Positions 1 through 10,322 of a DNA stretch of 64,000 nt are shown piece after piece. Both the position numbers and the translations under genes were made by a program. This DNA is from an uncultured Lachnospiraceae bacterium (GTDB lineage Bacteria > Bacillota > Clostridia > Lachnospirales > Lachnospiraceae). The DNA is taken from positions 5,396 to 69,395 of the forward strand of contig CAYJGW010000006.1 of NCBI GenBank assembly GCA_964369425.1. The letters run 5' to 3'. A model generated the notes under the pieces. The model did not search any database. It was not told the origin of the DNA and was given only the letters and a program-made list of their open reading frames with translations. How positions within the stretch are numbered: position 1 is the stretch's first letter; every line of letters starts with the position of its first letter.

Positions 1-2
1 TG

Positions 3-338
3 TATGGAATTCTTGCATTGATTTTGACTAGTATGGTGATTGGTCGAGTGACAATATTAGGACAAGCACAGACCCAGTTATTTATTATTTCGAAAGAATA
101 TAAAAGAATAAAGGAAGAATTGCTAAGAGATGTGCAAGTAGGTGTTACCATGATGCACATCGAGACCGGGTTAGAAGAGGTGGAGCAAAGCGGCGTGCTT
201 TGTGTAATTCCTCAACGAAAGTTATTTGCGGTAAAAGAAAAAATTCAAGAGATTGACCCAAAGGCATTTATCACGATTACTAGAATCAGCGAAGTGCGTG
301 GTCGAGGCTTTACATTAGACAGAGAATATCGGAGGTAG
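3..338 (+). CDS. YitT-family membrane protein, C-terminal part (DUF2179-like); the 5' end is outside the window
   Basis: The frame is open from the window edge (YGILALILTS...) to TAG at 336-338. The tail ...AFITITRISEVRGRGF resembles the DUF2179 end of YitT proteins (recalled, not searched). Confidence 0.5.
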   Translation, partial: YGILALILTSMVIGRVTILGQAQTQLFIISKEYKRIKEELLRDVQVGVTMMHIETGLEEVEQSGVLCVIPQRKLFAVKEKIQEIDPKAFITITRISEVRGRGFTLDREYRR

Positions 339-341
339 CAT

Positions 342-1265
342 ATGGTTTATGATGTAATTATTATAGGAGCAGGTCCGGCTGGATTATCGGCTGGATTATA
401 TGCAGGAAGAGCGAAGCTATCCACACTGATTATCGAGAGAGAAAAAGATGGTGGTCAGATTGTGCAGACGGCAGAGATTGAGAACTACCCTGGAGGAATG
501 ATTGGAGATACAGGGTACTCTTTGATTGCGCGAATGGTGGAACAAGTAAAAGACTTTGGTGTAGAAAAAGCTTACGATGCGGTCATTGATTTGGAACTAG
601 AAGGCGAGATCAAGACTGTGATATGTAAAAATGAGACGTATCAAGCAAAGTCGGTGATTCTTGCGATGGGTACAAAACCTATAAAGATTGGGTGTGAAGG
701 AGAAGATGAATTTACTGGAAAGGGTGTGTCTTATTGTGCAACTTGTGACGGTGCTTTCTTTACGGGACTTCGCACATTCGTGGTAGGTGGAGGTGATTCC
801 GCAGTTGAAGAAGCAATTTTCTTGACAAGATTTGCTAGAGAGGTTACTATTATCCACAGAAGAGACGAACTGCGTGCAGCTAAGTTTATTCAAGAAAAAG
901 CATTTTCCAATCCAAAGATTAATTTCCTGTGGGATTCCGTAGTAAAAGAGTTAAAAGGCGAAGGCGTGCTTAACACTGTAATTGTAGAGAATGTAAAGAC
1001 AAAAGAAATTACAGAAATTAAAGCAGATGAAGCAGATGGGTTATTTGGATTGTTCGTCTTTATAGGCTTGCGACCACAGACTGAATTATTGATAGATAAA
1101 GTGGAACTGAATAATGGATATATTGTAACAGATGAAACGATGAAGACGAATGTAGAAGGCGTATTTGCAGCAGGAGACGTAAGAGAGAAGTTGTTGCGAC
1201 AAGTAGTAACAGCTACCTCAGATGGAGCGATTGCAGCAGTGCAAGCAGAGATTTATCAGGCATAG
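342..1265 (+). CDS. trxB: thioredoxin-disulfide reductase
   Basis: FAD GxGxxG (IIIGAGPAGLSAG), redox-active CATCDG, second dinucleotide motif GGGDSAVEEA, length 307 aa. GGAGG lies just upstream of the ATG. Confidence 0.9.
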   Translation: MVYDVIIIGAGPAGLSAGLYAGRAKLSTLIIEREKDGGQIVQTAEIENYPGGMIGDTGYSLIARMVEQVKDFGVEKAYDAVIDLELEGEIKTVICKNETYQAKSVILAMGTKPIKIGCEGEDEFTGKGVSYCATCDGAFFTGLRTFVVGGGDSAVEEAIFLTRFAREVTIIHRRDELRAAKFIQEKAFSNPKINFLWDSVVKELKGEGVLNTVIVENVKTKEITEIKADEADGLFGLFVFIGLRPQTELLIDKVELNNGYIVTDETMKTNVEGVFAAGDVREKLLRQVVTATSDGAIAAVQAEIYQA

Positions 1266-1425
1266 TTTACAGATATAGAAAAAGAGAAGCTATTATAGAG
1301 ATAGAAGAATGAATATATCTATAGTACTAACGGAGACTCATAGAGCGATGATTAGGAAAAGTAGATATTTCAGAAATAAAAAAGCATTGTACCCTTTTGA
1401 AAAGGGACAGGAGCAGGAGGACAAC

Positions 1426-2028
1426 ATGAATAAAAAGATGAAAACAAGTTATTTGACGCAGATGGGATTATTGAGTGGTATTATTGTACTGATGGCATTT
1501 ACGCCGCTAGGGTATCTGAGGGTAGGAGCATTATCCATTACCTTTATTATGATTCCAGTAGCAATCGGCGGAATTTTGATGGGACCAAGAGCAGGCGGTA
1601 TACTAGGGGCAGTATTTGGAATGACAAGTTATATCAGTGGATTGACCAATGGGACTTTAGTCACCGTGTTGATGAATGTGGATCCCGTTCGAACTTTTAT
1701 CCTTTGTGTAGTGACCAGAGCATTGATGGGCTTGTGTGTAGGATTAATCTTTCAATTTATTCAGTCTAGAACAAAAGGAAAAGTAGCAAGTTATATTGTG
1801 GCCAGCGCTTCAGCGGCATTTTTGAACACTGTATTTTTTGTAAGTTCATTAGGATTATTATTTTATGGGACTATTTCAGATATGGCAATTGAAGATGGGG
1901 TAACAGTGATTCCTTTCTTATTGGCCTTTATTACAATTAACAGTGTAGTAGAACTTGTTGCATGTGCAATAGTGGGAACAGCAATTAGCAAGAATGTACA
2001 TATCTTCATGAAGAAACAAGAACGATAA
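1426..2028 (+). CDS. ECF transporter S component (substrate unknown)
   Basis: Polytopic hydrophobic protein of about 200 aa with an ECF S-component-like N-terminus (LGYLRVGALSITFIMIPVAIGGILMGP). The internal ATG at 1426 is preceded by GGAGCAGGAGG; the 1309 start adds a non-hydrophobic extension and is unlikely. Confidence 0.65.
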   Translation: MNKKMKTSYLTQMGLLSGIIVLMAFTPLGYLRVGALSITFIMIPVAIGGILMGPRAGGILGAVFGMTSYISGLTNGTLVTVLMNVDPVRTFILCVVTRALMGLCVGLIFQFIQSRTKGKVASYIVASASAAFLNTVFFVSSLGLLFYGTISDMAIEDGVTVIPFLLAFITINSVVELVACAIVGTAISKNVHIFMKKQER

Positions 2029-2043
2029 TAAATGAAATACAAG

Positions 2044-2096
2044 ACCTGTAAAAATCAAGTGATTCATAGTCAGATTGGTTTTTGCAGGTTTTGTGT
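2044..2096 (+). terminator. probable intrinsic terminator after the ECF S-component gene
   Basis: The 15-nt arms 2044-2058 (acctgtaaaaatcaa) and 2075-2089 (ttggtttttgcaggt) pair with two G-U wobbles and are followed by tttgtgt. Confidence 0.5.
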
Positions 2097-2168
2097 ATAT
2101 CGGGGAAAAATGTATCAAGAACACACTTTTTCCATATATTAGTAGTAAAATACAATAGGTGAAATCTT

Positions 2169-2438
2169 ATGCGAATGTGTGAAATTCGATGCAAAGAGGT
2201 AATAAATACTTGCAATTGTAAAAAGCTTGGATGTATTATTGATGTGGAGATAAATTTGTGCAAAGGCACTTTAGAAGCGATTTTAGTACCAGAATCAGAG
2301 AAGCCTAGCGGTTGGTTTGGGTGTGAAAAATTATATTATATTCCATACGAGTGTATCAAAAAGGTTGGAGAAGACCTTGTGTTTGTTGAAATTTGTGAAG
2401 AAAAGTGTATCAAAGTACATGCACGATGCAAAAAGTAG
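2169..2438 (+). CDS. YlmC/YmxH-family sporulation protein (PRC-barrel)
   Basis: 89 aa. The pattern ...EIRCKEVINTCNCKKLGCIIDVEINLCKGTLEAILVP...IPYECIKKVGEDLVFVE matches the remembered YlmC/YmxH layout. Confidence 0.6.
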   Translation: MRMCEIRCKEVINTCNCKKLGCIIDVEINLCKGTLEAILVPESEKPSGWFGCEKLYYIPYECIKKVGEDLVFVEICEEKCIKVHARCKK

Positions 2439-2477
2439 GTGATGCATATACCAAAGGATAGAATGGAGGATCAATAG

Positions 2478-3158
2478 ATGAGTAGGATAAAAATACTGAT
2501 AGTAGATGATGAAAGCCGTATGAGAAAATTGGTGCGAGATTTTCTAGGGAAAGAAGGATATGATATTATAGAAGCAGAAGATGGAGCAAAAGCGATGGAG
2601 ATTTTTTATAAAGAGAAAGATATTTCGCTTATGATAGTAGATGTAATGATGCCAGAAATGAATGGATGGGAAGTATGCAAAGAAGTGAGAATGGATTCGA
2701 AGGTACCGATTATCATGTTGACTGCAAAAGGTGAGGAACGAGATGAATTAAAAGGCTTTGAACTAGGTGTAGATGAGTATATTACAAAGCCGTTTAGTCC
2801 TAAAATATTGGTGGCAAGGGTCAATGCATTGTTACGCAGGAATCTAGAGGATGCAGAATCTAGTCTAGTAGATGCAGGCGGAATTGTGCTTGATAAAGGG
2901 GCTCATACAGTGAAAATCGGAGAACAGTATATTGATCTAAGCTACAAAGAGTTTGAACTGCTTGCATATTTTATTGAAAATCAAGGATTGGCGCTGTCAC
3001 GAGAAAAGATACTAAATCAGGTCTGGGATTATGATTACTATGGAGATGCCAGAACGATTGATACACACGTAAAAAAATTGAGGAGTAAAATGGGAGACAA
3101 AGGAGAGTATATCAAGACGATATGGGGGATGGGGTATAAATTCGAGGTGATTCAATGA
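2478..3158 (+). CDS. OmpR-family response regulator
   Basis: Receiver domain (ILIVDDE...DVMMPEMNGWE...LTAKG) plus a winged-helix trans_reg_C domain (RTIDTHVKKLRSK...GMGYKF). Confidence 0.9.
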   Translation: MSRIKILIVDDESRMRKLVRDFLGKEGYDIIEAEDGAKAMEIFYKEKDISLMIVDVMMPEMNGWEVCKEVRMDSKVPIIMLTAKGEERDELKGFELGVDEYITKPFSPKILVARVNALLRRNLEDAESSLVDAGGIVLDKGAHTVKIGEQYIDLSYKEFELLAYFIENQGLALSREKILNQVWDYDYYGDARTIDTHVKKLRSKMGDKGEYIKTIWGMGYKFEVIQ

Positions 3159-4618
3159 AAAAATCCATAAGGGCACAGATTCTAACGGCTTTTCTTGGAG
3201 TGATTTTTATAATGTTCATCATCGTGTTTATTCTCAATAATTTCTTTTTACAAGAATTTTATATCAGTAATGTGCAAGATGAACTAAAAGAGGTACATGC
3301 TTTATTAGAGGAGAATATAGCAGAGGAACTGCTACTAGATGAAGAGAAGCAAGAAGAATTATTACAATTAGTGGAAAAAAGTAATATATCGTATTTAGTT
3401 CTGGATAATCAGGGAACTACCTTGATGGCAAAAGATCAAAATCCAAATGCGCTTTATGTGCAGTTAGCAGGATATGTGATAGGTAAGAGAGGAAGCGAAG
3501 AAGATATCCTAGAAATCGAAGAAGATTACGTTGTTATGCGTTCTATTGATACGATAACAAGACGTGAATATGTTGAGATGTGGGGAAACTTTGAAAATGG
3601 TTGTGCTTTTATTATCAGAACGCCGATAGAGGGGATTGAAAGCAGTGTTCAGATTACCAATCAATTTTTGTTGTATATCGGTATTGCAGTACTGTTAGTT
3701 AGTTTGGTTCTCGGGTGGTATCTGACGGATCGATTTACAAAGCCTGTACTAGAATTAGTGAGAATTTCTAAGAAAATGGCGAATTTAGATTTTGAAGCAA
3801 AATACAGCAGTGGCGGTGAAGATGAAATAGGGATGCTAGGCGAGAGTTTCAATGAGATGTCTGGAAAGCTTCAAAAGGCTATTTCGGATTTAAAGACTGC
3901 TAATAATGAACTCTTACAAGACATTGAGAAAAAAGAAGAATTAGAGAATATGCGAATCGAGTTTTTATCAAATGTATCTCATGAGTTAAAAACACCAATC
4001 GCATTGGTTCAAGGATATGCAGAAGGATTAAAAGATGGGATTGTAGAAGACGAAGAAAGCCGGGCGTATTACTGTGAGGTTATCATGGACGAGGCTGATA
4101 AGATGAATAAGCTTGTAAAGAACTTATTATCTCTAAATCAGATTGAATTCGGGAAAGATGAAGTACATTTTGAGCGATTTGAGGTTACGGAATTGGTTCA
4201 AGGTGTGTTACAATCATTAGAGTTGATCATTGAACAAAAAGATGTGAAAGTTTTGTTTGATAGTCAAAAGAAAGTATTTGTTTGGGGAGATCAGTTCAAA
4301 ATAGAGCAGGTCATTCGTAATTACCTCACCAATGCTTTGAATCATGTCAATGAAGAAAAATTGGTAGAGATAAAAGTAGAGAGAGGGCAAAAGGTTAAGA
4401 TATCAGTATTTAATAGTGGAAGGCCAATACCGGAAGCAGATATTGATCATATATGGGAGAAATTCTATAAAGTAGACAAAGCCAGAACGCGAGAATATGG
4501 CGGGAATGGAATTGGTCTTTCAATCGTAAAGGCAATCTTAGAATCACATCACCAGAGGTATGGAGTAGAGAACTATAAAAATGGTGTGGAGTTTTGGTTT
4601 GAACTAGATGAAAAATAA
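3155..4618 (+). CDS. sensor histidine kinase (2 TM, HAMP, HisKA, HATPase_c)
   Basis: H-box FLSNVSHELKTP, N-box NALNH, G-boxes GGNGIGLSIVK. There is a 4-nt ATGA overlap with the regulator gene. Confidence 0.9.
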   Translation: MKKSIRAQILTAFLGVIFIMFIIVFILNNFFLQEFYISNVQDELKEVHALLEENIAEELLLDEEKQEELLQLVEKSNISYLVLDNQGTTLMAKDQNPNALYVQLAGYVIGKRGSEEDILEIEEDYVVMRSIDTITRREYVEMWGNFENGCAFIIRTPIEGIESSVQITNQFLLYIGIAVLLVSLVLGWYLTDRFTKPVLELVRISKKMANLDFEAKYSSGGEDEIGMLGESFNEMSGKLQKAISDLKTANNELLQDIEKKEELENMRIEFLSNVSHELKTPIALVQGYAEGLKDGIVEDEESRAYYCEVIMDEADKMNKLVKNLLSLNQIEFGKDEVHFERFEVTELVQGVLQSLELIIEQKDVKVLFDSQKKVFVWGDQFKIEQVIRNYLTNALNHVNEEKLVEIKVERGQKVKISVFNSGRPIPEADIDHIWEKFYKVDKARTREYGGNGIGLSIVKAILESHHQRYGVENYKNGVEFWFELDEK

Positions 4619-4638
4619 AGAATGAGGAAGGTAAACAG

Positions 4639-5244
4639 ATGATAGCAATTCTTGATTATGATGCAGGAAATATAAAAAGCGTAGAAAAAGCTATTTTATC
4701 ATTGGGAGAAGAGGTGATTTTGACCAAAGATAGAGAGGAGATTTTAAATGCTGACAAAGTGATTCTACCAGGAGTAGGAGCATTTGGAGAAGCTATGGAA
4801 AAATTAAATGATTATAATCTGGTGCCAGTAATCAAAGAGGTGGTGGCAAGAAAAATCCCGTTTTTAGGAATTTGCTTAGGGTTACAATTATTGTTTGAAA
4901 GAAGTGAAGAGACAAAAGGAGTAGAAGGACTTGGAATTCTAAAAGGCGAAATCTGTAAGTTTAATTCTGATATGGAATTGAAGATACCACATATGGGGTG
5001 GAATGCATTGAGCTATCCTAGTGAAGGACGATTATTTAAGGGGTTAGATGAGGGAGCATATGTATATTTTGTACACTCTTATTACTTAAAAGCTATGGAT
5101 GAAAGTATTGTGAAAGCTACAGCAGAGTATGGAATAAATTTTCATGCATCGGTAGAAAAAGACAATGTATTTGCATGTCAGTTCCATCCAGAAAAAAGCA
5201 GTGATGTAGGACTGCAGATTTTAAAGAATTTTATCCAGTTATAG
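4639..5244 (+). CDS. hisH: imidazole glycerol phosphate synthase, glutamine amidotransferase subunit
   Basis: Class-I GATase with LGICLGLQ (catalytic Cys) and C-terminal QFHPEKS; 201 aa. Confidence 0.88.
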   Translation: MIAILDYDAGNIKSVEKAILSLGEEVILTKDREEILNADKVILPGVGAFGEAMEKLNDYNLVPVIKEVVARKIPFLGICLGLQLLFERSEETKGVEGLGILKGEICKFNSDMELKIPHMGWNALSYPSEGRLFKGLDEGAYVYFVHSYYLKAMDESIVKATAEYGINFHASVEKDNVFACQFHPEKSSDVGLQILKNFIQL

Positions 5245-5268
5245 ACAGAGGAAGAGGAGATTGAGAAA

Positions 5269-6030
5269 ATGTTTACAAAACGAATTATACCATGTTTAGA
5301 TGTACATAATGGACGTGTAGTAAAAGGTGTGAACTTTGTGGATTTAAAAGATGCAGGTGATCCAGTTGAGATTGCAAAAGCATACGATAAAGCTGGAGCG
5401 GATGAGTTAGTATTTTTAGACATTACGGCATCTTCGGATGCTCGTGAAACTGTAGTTGATATGGTCAGAGAGGTTGCAAAACAAGTATTTATTCCGTTTA
5501 CAGTAGGTGGAGGGATCCGAACAGTAGACGATTTCAAAGCATTGCTTCGAGAAGGGGCTGATAAAATTTCAATCAACTCATCTGCGATTGCAAGACCAGA
5601 GCTCATCTCTGAAGCTTCACAAAAGTTTGGTAGTCAATGTGTGGTAGTAGCAATCGACGCAAAAAAGCGAGAAGATGGCAGTGGATGGAATATCTATAAA
5701 AACGGTGGTAGAGTAGATGTGGGAATCGATGCTATCGAATGGGCAAAAAGGGCAGAAGAGCTAGGCGCAGGTGAAATTCTACTCACAAGTATGGATTGTG
5801 ATGGAACGAAAGCAGGTTATGATATAGAATTAACTAAAAAGATTGCACAAGCAGTGTCCATTCCAGTCATTGCATCAGGAGGAGCTGGAGATATGGAGCA
5901 TTTTTATGAAGCACTTACAAAAGGAGAAGCAGATGCCGCATTAGCAGCCTCCCTATTTCATTATAAAGAACTAGAGATCAGAGAAGTAAAAGAGTATTTA
6001 AAAGAGAAAAATGTACCGGTTAGAGTATAG
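5269..6030 (+). CDS. hisF: imidazole glycerol phosphate synthase, cyclase subunit
   Basis: KRIIPCLDV...VVKG..F......GDPVE.A..Y...[10 protein letters not shown]...VVVAIDAK. Canonical HisF TIM-barrel signature, 253 aa. Confidence 0.92.
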   Translation: MFTKRIIPCLDVHNGRVVKGVNFVDLKDAGDPVEIAKAYDKAGADELVFLDITASSDARETVVDMVREVAKQVFIPFTVGGGIRTVDDFKALLREGADKISINSSAIARPELISEASQKFGSQCVVVAIDAKKREDGSGWNIYKNGGRVDVGIDAIEWAKRAEELGAGEILLTSMDCDGTKAGYDIELTKKIAQAVSIPVIASGGAGDMEHFYEALTKGEADAALAASLFHYKELEIREVKEYLKEKNVPVRV

Positions 6031-6049
6031 AAAAAAAGGAGTGCGTGAG

Positions 6050-6721
6050 ATGGCAGCGATAGAAAATGATTGGAAGGAAGCGTTAGAAGAGGAATTTAAG
6101 AAACCTTACTATAAAAAGCTATTTACAATCGTAAAGGATGAATATAGTAAAATGAAAATTTTCCCTCCAGTAGATGAAATCTTTGCAGCCTACCATCTGA
6201 CACCTTTATCAGATGTTAAGGTTGTGATTTTGGGACAAGATCCTTATCATGGAGATGGTCAAGCTGAGGGATTATGCTTTTCAGTTAAAAAGGAGGTAGA
6301 GATTCCACCATCTCTCGTTAATATCTATAAAGAGCTAAAAGATGATTTAGGAATAGAACCACCGAATCATGGAAGTCTAGTCAGTTGGGCAAATCAAGGA
6401 GTACTACTTATTAATACAGTTCTTACAGTGCGAGCGCATCAGGCAAATTCTCATAGAGGAATTGGGTGGGAAGAGTTTACAGATGCGACAATTCGTGCAG
6501 TGAATCAACAGGATAGACCGGTCGTATTTATTCTTTGGGGAAAGCCAGCGCAGAAAAAAAGAGCCATGTTAAACAATCCAAAACATTTGATTCTAGAAGC
6601 GCCGCACCCAAGCCCACTGTCCTCGTATCGTGGATTTTTTGGTAGCAAACCATTTAGTCAGGCTAACGCTTTTTTGGAAAAAATGGGAGAACTTCCAATT
6701 GATTGGAAGATAGAGAGTTAG
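6050..6721 (+). CDS. ung: uracil-DNA glycosylase (family 1)
   Basis: Motifs VVILGQDPYH and HPSPLS. The ATG at 6050 is preceded by AAAGGAG; the 6011 start overlaps hisF and is unlikely. Confidence 0.9.
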   Translation: MAAIENDWKEALEEEFKKPYYKKLFTIVKDEYSKMKIFPPVDEIFAAYHLTPLSDVKVVILGQDPYHGDGQAEGLCFSVKKEVEIPPSLVNIYKELKDDLGIEPPNHGSLVSWANQGVLLINTVLTVRAHQANSHRGIGWEEFTDATIRAVNQQDRPVVFILWGKPAQKKRAMLNNPKHLILEAPHPSPLSSYRGFFGSKPFSQANAFLEKMGELPIDWKIES

Positions 6722-6739
6722 AGAGGAAAAATAATTAGT

Positions 6740-7993
6740 ATGAAAAACTCAGAAAAATTGTATGATTTAGAAGAAACAGTCGAGAAGGTAATTCTAGTCG
6801 GTGTTAGTATGAATGATAATGACGATACGGAAAAATCACTAGATGAGTTGGAAGAACTTTGCGATACGGCAAATGCGCAGACTGTAGGACGAATGATACA
6901 AAATAGAGAGCAAGTTCATCCAGGCACCTACCTTGGGAAAGGGAAGATTGAAGAGTTAAAAGACTTAATCTGGGAGTTAGATGCAACTGGAATTGTATGC
7001 GATGATGAACTGTCACCAGCACAACTTGGAAATCTTCAAGATATGCTTGAGACAAAAGTGATGGACAGAACCTTGATTATTCTGGATATATTTGCAGCAA
7101 GAGCGAGTACCAATGAAGGGAAGATTCAAGTGGAACTCGCCCAGCTAAAATATAGGCAATCCCGTTTAGTAGGTTTAGGGAAATCTTTATCTAGATTAGG
7201 GGGAGGAATTGGGACAAGAGGACCTGGAGAAAAAAAGCTTGAGATGGATCGAAGGCTTATCAAAGGGAGAGTAGCCCAATTAAACAGAGAATTAAAAGAT
7301 GTAAAGCGACACAGAGAAATTACGAGAGAACAAAGAAGTAAGAATAACGTTCCTGTAGTGGCAATAGTTGGTTATACCAATGCAGGGAAATCAACGCTAC
7401 TAAATAAGTTGACCAATGCAGATGTACTAGAAGAAGATCAGTTGTTTGCCACATTGGATCCGACTACTCGTAGTTTGAAGTTGAAGTCCAAACAAGAAGT
7501 GTTGTTTACAGATACCGTAGGATTTATCAGAAAATTACCACATCATCTCATTGAGGCATTTAAAAGCACCTTAGAAGAGGCGAAGTATGCAGACATTATA
7601 CTACATGTAGTAGATACGTCTAATGAGCAAATGGATATACAGATGTTTACAGTATATGAGACATTGCGGAATTTAGGAGTGACCGAAAAACCAGTTATCA
7701 CAGCCTTTAATAAACTAGATAAAGTAGCCGATAACGAAGTGGTGAGAGATCTTCAAGCAGATAAGGTAGTGAACATATCGGCAAAGTATGGGGATGGATT
7801 GGATTGCCTTGAAGAAGCAGTAGAGGAAATACTCAGAGAACAAAAAGTGGCGATTGAGAAAGTATTCTCTTACCAAGAAGCGAATAAAATCCAGATTATT
7901 CGAAAATATGGAGAGTTATTGGAAGAAGAGTATAGGGAAGATGGAATATTTGTAAGGGCCTTTGTACCGTCAGAAGTTGTAGGGAGATTATAG
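6740..7993 (+). CDS. hflX: GTPase HflX
   Basis: HflX N-domain (LAQLKY...GGGIGTRGPGEKKLE.DRR) followed by G-domain GYTNAGKST / DTVGF / NKLD. Confidence 0.9.
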   Translation: MKNSEKLYDLEETVEKVILVGVSMNDNDDTEKSLDELEELCDTANAQTVGRMIQNREQVHPGTYLGKGKIEELKDLIWELDATGIVCDDELSPAQLGNLQDMLETKVMDRTLIILDIFAARASTNEGKIQVELAQLKYRQSRLVGLGKSLSRLGGGIGTRGPGEKKLEMDRRLIKGRVAQLNRELKDVKRHREITREQRSKNNVPVVAIVGYTNAGKSTLLNKLTNADVLEEDQLFATLDPTTRSLKLKSKQEVLFTDTVGFIRKLPHHLIEAFKSTLEEAKYADIILHVVDTSNEQMDIQMFTVYETLRNLGVTEKPVITAFNKLDKVADNEVVRDLQADKVVNISAKYGDGLDCLEEAVEEILREQKVAIEKVFSYQEANKIQIIRKYGELLEEEYREDGIFVRAFVPSEVVGRL

Positions 7994-8035
7994 TGGAGTG
8001 TACTAAATTTTGTTACTTTTTTTCTAAAATTAATC

Positions 8036-8064
8036 TTGCTATCTAAATGTAGTGGTGTTATACT
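8036..8064 (+). promoter_or_regulatory. sigma-A-type promoter candidate for nrdD (TTGCTA-17-TATACT)
   Basis: TTGCTA at 8036-8041, 17-nt spacer, TATACT at 8059-8064, about 50 nt upstream of nrdD. Confidence 0.45.
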
Positions 8065-8091
8065 TTATCTTGGTAAAAGAAAACGTGATTA

Positions 8092-8107
8092 ACACAATAT
8101 GTTGTGA
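8092..8107. promoter_or_regulatory. NrdR box candidate
   Basis: ACACAATATGTTGTGA closely matches the palindromic NrdR consensus acaCwAtATaTwGtgt. It sits between the promoter candidate and the nrdD start. A weaker second box, TATCTAAATGTAGTGG, at 8040-8055 overlaps the promoter spacer. Confidence 0.6.
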
Positions 8108-8114
8108 TTGAGTT

Positions 8115-10322
8115 GTGAAAAAGATTATAGAAAAAGAGGAAAGAAAATTGAAAGTAATCAAAAGAAATGGACAATTAGCAGAGTTTGATTCAAGAAAAAT
8201 AGAGACCGCAATTTTAGCGGCGATGAAGTATGGTAGTGGAATCGTGGATGAAGACTGCGCGAGAAGTACTGCAATTGAGATTGAGCGAGAGGTAGATGAT
8301 TCAAGCAAAGATGTAAGCATTTCTCATATCGAAGATTTGGTGTTTCAAAAGTTGATTGAAAAAGATCAGATTTTGACTGCGAAATCATACGAGGGATATA
8401 GACGAGTAAGGGAGTTTCAACGCTCTACGAATACTATTGATGAAGCGGTATATGGGATTGTAACAGGATTTAATAAAGAAGCGATGGAAGAAAATTCCAA
8501 TAAAGATGCTTATGTATTAGCAACACAAAGAGATTTGATAGCAGGAGAGTTTTCAAAGGACTACTGTAGAAGAACGATGATTCCAACTAATATAGTGCAA
8601 GCCCATGATGATGGAATTATTCATTTTCATGATATGGATTATTATGTGCAACAGATGCATAACTGCGATTTAGTGAATCTAAAAGATATTTTTAAAAACG
8701 GAACGGTAATCAATAAAAAACTGATTGAGACACCGAAATCATTACAGACAGCTTGTACGGTAGCGACTCAGATTGTGCAACAAGTGGCTAATGGACAGTA
8801 CGGTGGACAGACTATTTCTCTTTCGCACTTAGCGCCTTTTGTAAGAGTAAGCTTTGAGAAGCATAAGGATAATGTAAAAAAAGATGGCGAATTAATTGGG
8901 ATGAAATACACCAAACAGCAGATTGAGACGATTGCAGAGCGTAGGTTAAAAGACGAGATTATCGCTGGAATTCAGACCATTCAATATCAGATTAATACAT
9001 TTTCAACAACGAATGGACAAGCACCATTCCTATCGGTATTTATGTATATCAATGAAGAGCCAGGATATGAAAAAGAGACAGCGATGTTGATTGAAGAGAT
9101 GCTCAACCAAAGATATAAAGGAATGAAAAATGAGACAGGTGCTTACGTTACACCAGCATTTCCGAAATTGTTATATGTATTAGATGAGAACAATATTCGT
9201 AAGGATAGTGAGTATAGATACGTAACAGATTTAGCGGTGAAATGCGTATCTAAGCGAATGATGCCAGACTTTATATCGGCGAAAATCATGAAGCAAAATT
9301 ATGACGGCGAAGTATTCCCTTGTATGGGTTGCAGAAGCTTCCTCTCTCCATGGAAAGATGAGAATGGAAAGTATCAGTGGTACGGAAGATTTAACCAGGG
9401 AGTTGTAACACTAAACTTAGCGGATGTAGGTCTTTCAGCAAAAGGCGACGTGAATAAATTCTGGGGAATCTTAGATGAAAGATTAAAATTATGTTTTGAA
9501 GCATTGATGCTTCGACATGAAAGTTTAAAAGGTACTTTGTCAGATGTATCGCCAATTCACTGGCAATACGGAGCACTTGCTAGATTAGAGCGCGGTGAGA
9601 CAATCGACAAACTTCTTTACAATGGATACTCGACTATTTCATTAGGATACATCGGTCTATACGAATGTACAGTTGCGATGATGGGAGAAAGCCATACACA
9701 AAAAGTAGGAGAGGACTTCTCGGTGCGAGTGATGCAAAGACTAAGAGCGGCTTGCGATGAGTGGAAAGCAAAGACTACGATGGGATTTGGTTTGTACGGA
9801 ACACCAGCAGAAGCGACAACCTACACGCTATCACGTGCATTGAAGAGAAAGTTTGGTGTGATTGAGGGAATCACAGATAGAGATTACTTGACAAACTCTT
9901 ACCATGTGAATGTAGAAGAGGAGATTGGAGCTTTTGAAAAACTAGAATGTGAAGCGAAATATCAAAAGATTTCTTCTGGTGGAGCAATAAGCTATGTTGA
10001 AGTGACGAACTTGACCAATAACTTAGATGCATTGAGTCAGTTGATTGAATATATGTATGAGACAATTCAGTACGCAGAGATCAATACAAAATCAGATTAC
10101 TGTCAAGCGTGTGAGTTTACAGGTGAGATACTGCTTGATGAAAATCTAGAGTGGTACTGCCCAAATTGTGGGAATAAAGATAAAAAAACGATGAATGTGT
10201 GCCGGAGAACTTGTGGGTATCTAGGGGATAATTTCTGGAATAAAGGAAGAACACAAGAGATAGCGGAACGATTTGTTCATTTAGACAATGTAGTATTTGA
10301 AGCTGAGGCGGTGAAAGAATAA
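8115..10322 (+). CDS. nrdD: anaerobic ribonucleoside-triphosphate reductase (class III)
   Basis: 735 aa with an N-terminal ATP-cone (VIKRNG....F...KI), a C-terminal Zn-ribbon CQACEF...CPNCG and glycyl-radical motif RRTCGYLG. GTG start. Confidence 0.93.
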   Translation: MKKIIEKEERKLKVIKRNGQLAEFDSRKIETAILAAMKYGSGIVDEDCARSTAIEIEREVDDSSKDVSISHIEDLVFQKLIEKDQILTAKSYEGYRRVREFQRSTNTIDEAVYGIVTGFNKEAMEENSNKDAYVLATQRDLIAGEFSKDYCRRTMIPTNIVQAHDDGIIHFHDMDYYVQQMHNCDLVNLKDIFKNGTVINKKLIETPKSLQTACTVATQIVQQVANGQYGGQTISLSHLAPFVRVSFEKHKDNVKKDGELIGMKYTKQQIETIAERRLKDEIIAGIQTIQYQINTFSTTNGQAPFLSVFMYINEEPGYEKETAMLIEEMLNQRYKGMKNETGAYVTPAFPKLLYVLDENNIRKDSEYRYVTDLAVKCVSKRMMPDFISAKIMKQNYDGEVFPCMGCRSFLSPWKDENGKYQWYGRFNQGVVTLNLADVGLSAKGDVNKFWGILDERLKLCFEALMLRHESLKGTLSDVSPIHWQYGALARLERGETIDKLLYNGYSTISLGYIGLYECTVAMMGESHTQKVGEDFSVRVMQRLRAACDEWKAKTTMGFGLYGTPAEATTYTLSRALKRKFGVIEGITDRDYLTNSYHVNVEEEIGAFEKLECEAKYQKISSGGAISYVEVTNLTNNLDALSQLIEYMYETIQYAEINTKSDYCQACEFTGEILLDENLEWYCPNCGNKDKKTMNVCRRTCGYLGDNFWNKGRTQEIAERFVHLDNVVFEAEAVKE

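Noticed and set aside
1266-1425. 160-nt leader of the ECF S-component gene as a riboswitch
   Set aside because: A short possible closing helix (atatcta at about 1314-1320 with tagatat at about 1362-1368) and a small hairpin next to the RBS (about 1391-1408) are visible. However, I cannot match it to any riboswitch class I know (TPP, FMN, preQ1, THF, cobalamin). A covariance-model scan (Rfam/Infernal) would be needed.
2169-2438. Cys-rich 89-aa ORF (11 Cys) as a RiPP precursor or metal-binding peptide
   Set aside because: The overall pattern matches the YlmC/YmxH PRC-barrel sporulation family, and no modification enzymes are adjacent.
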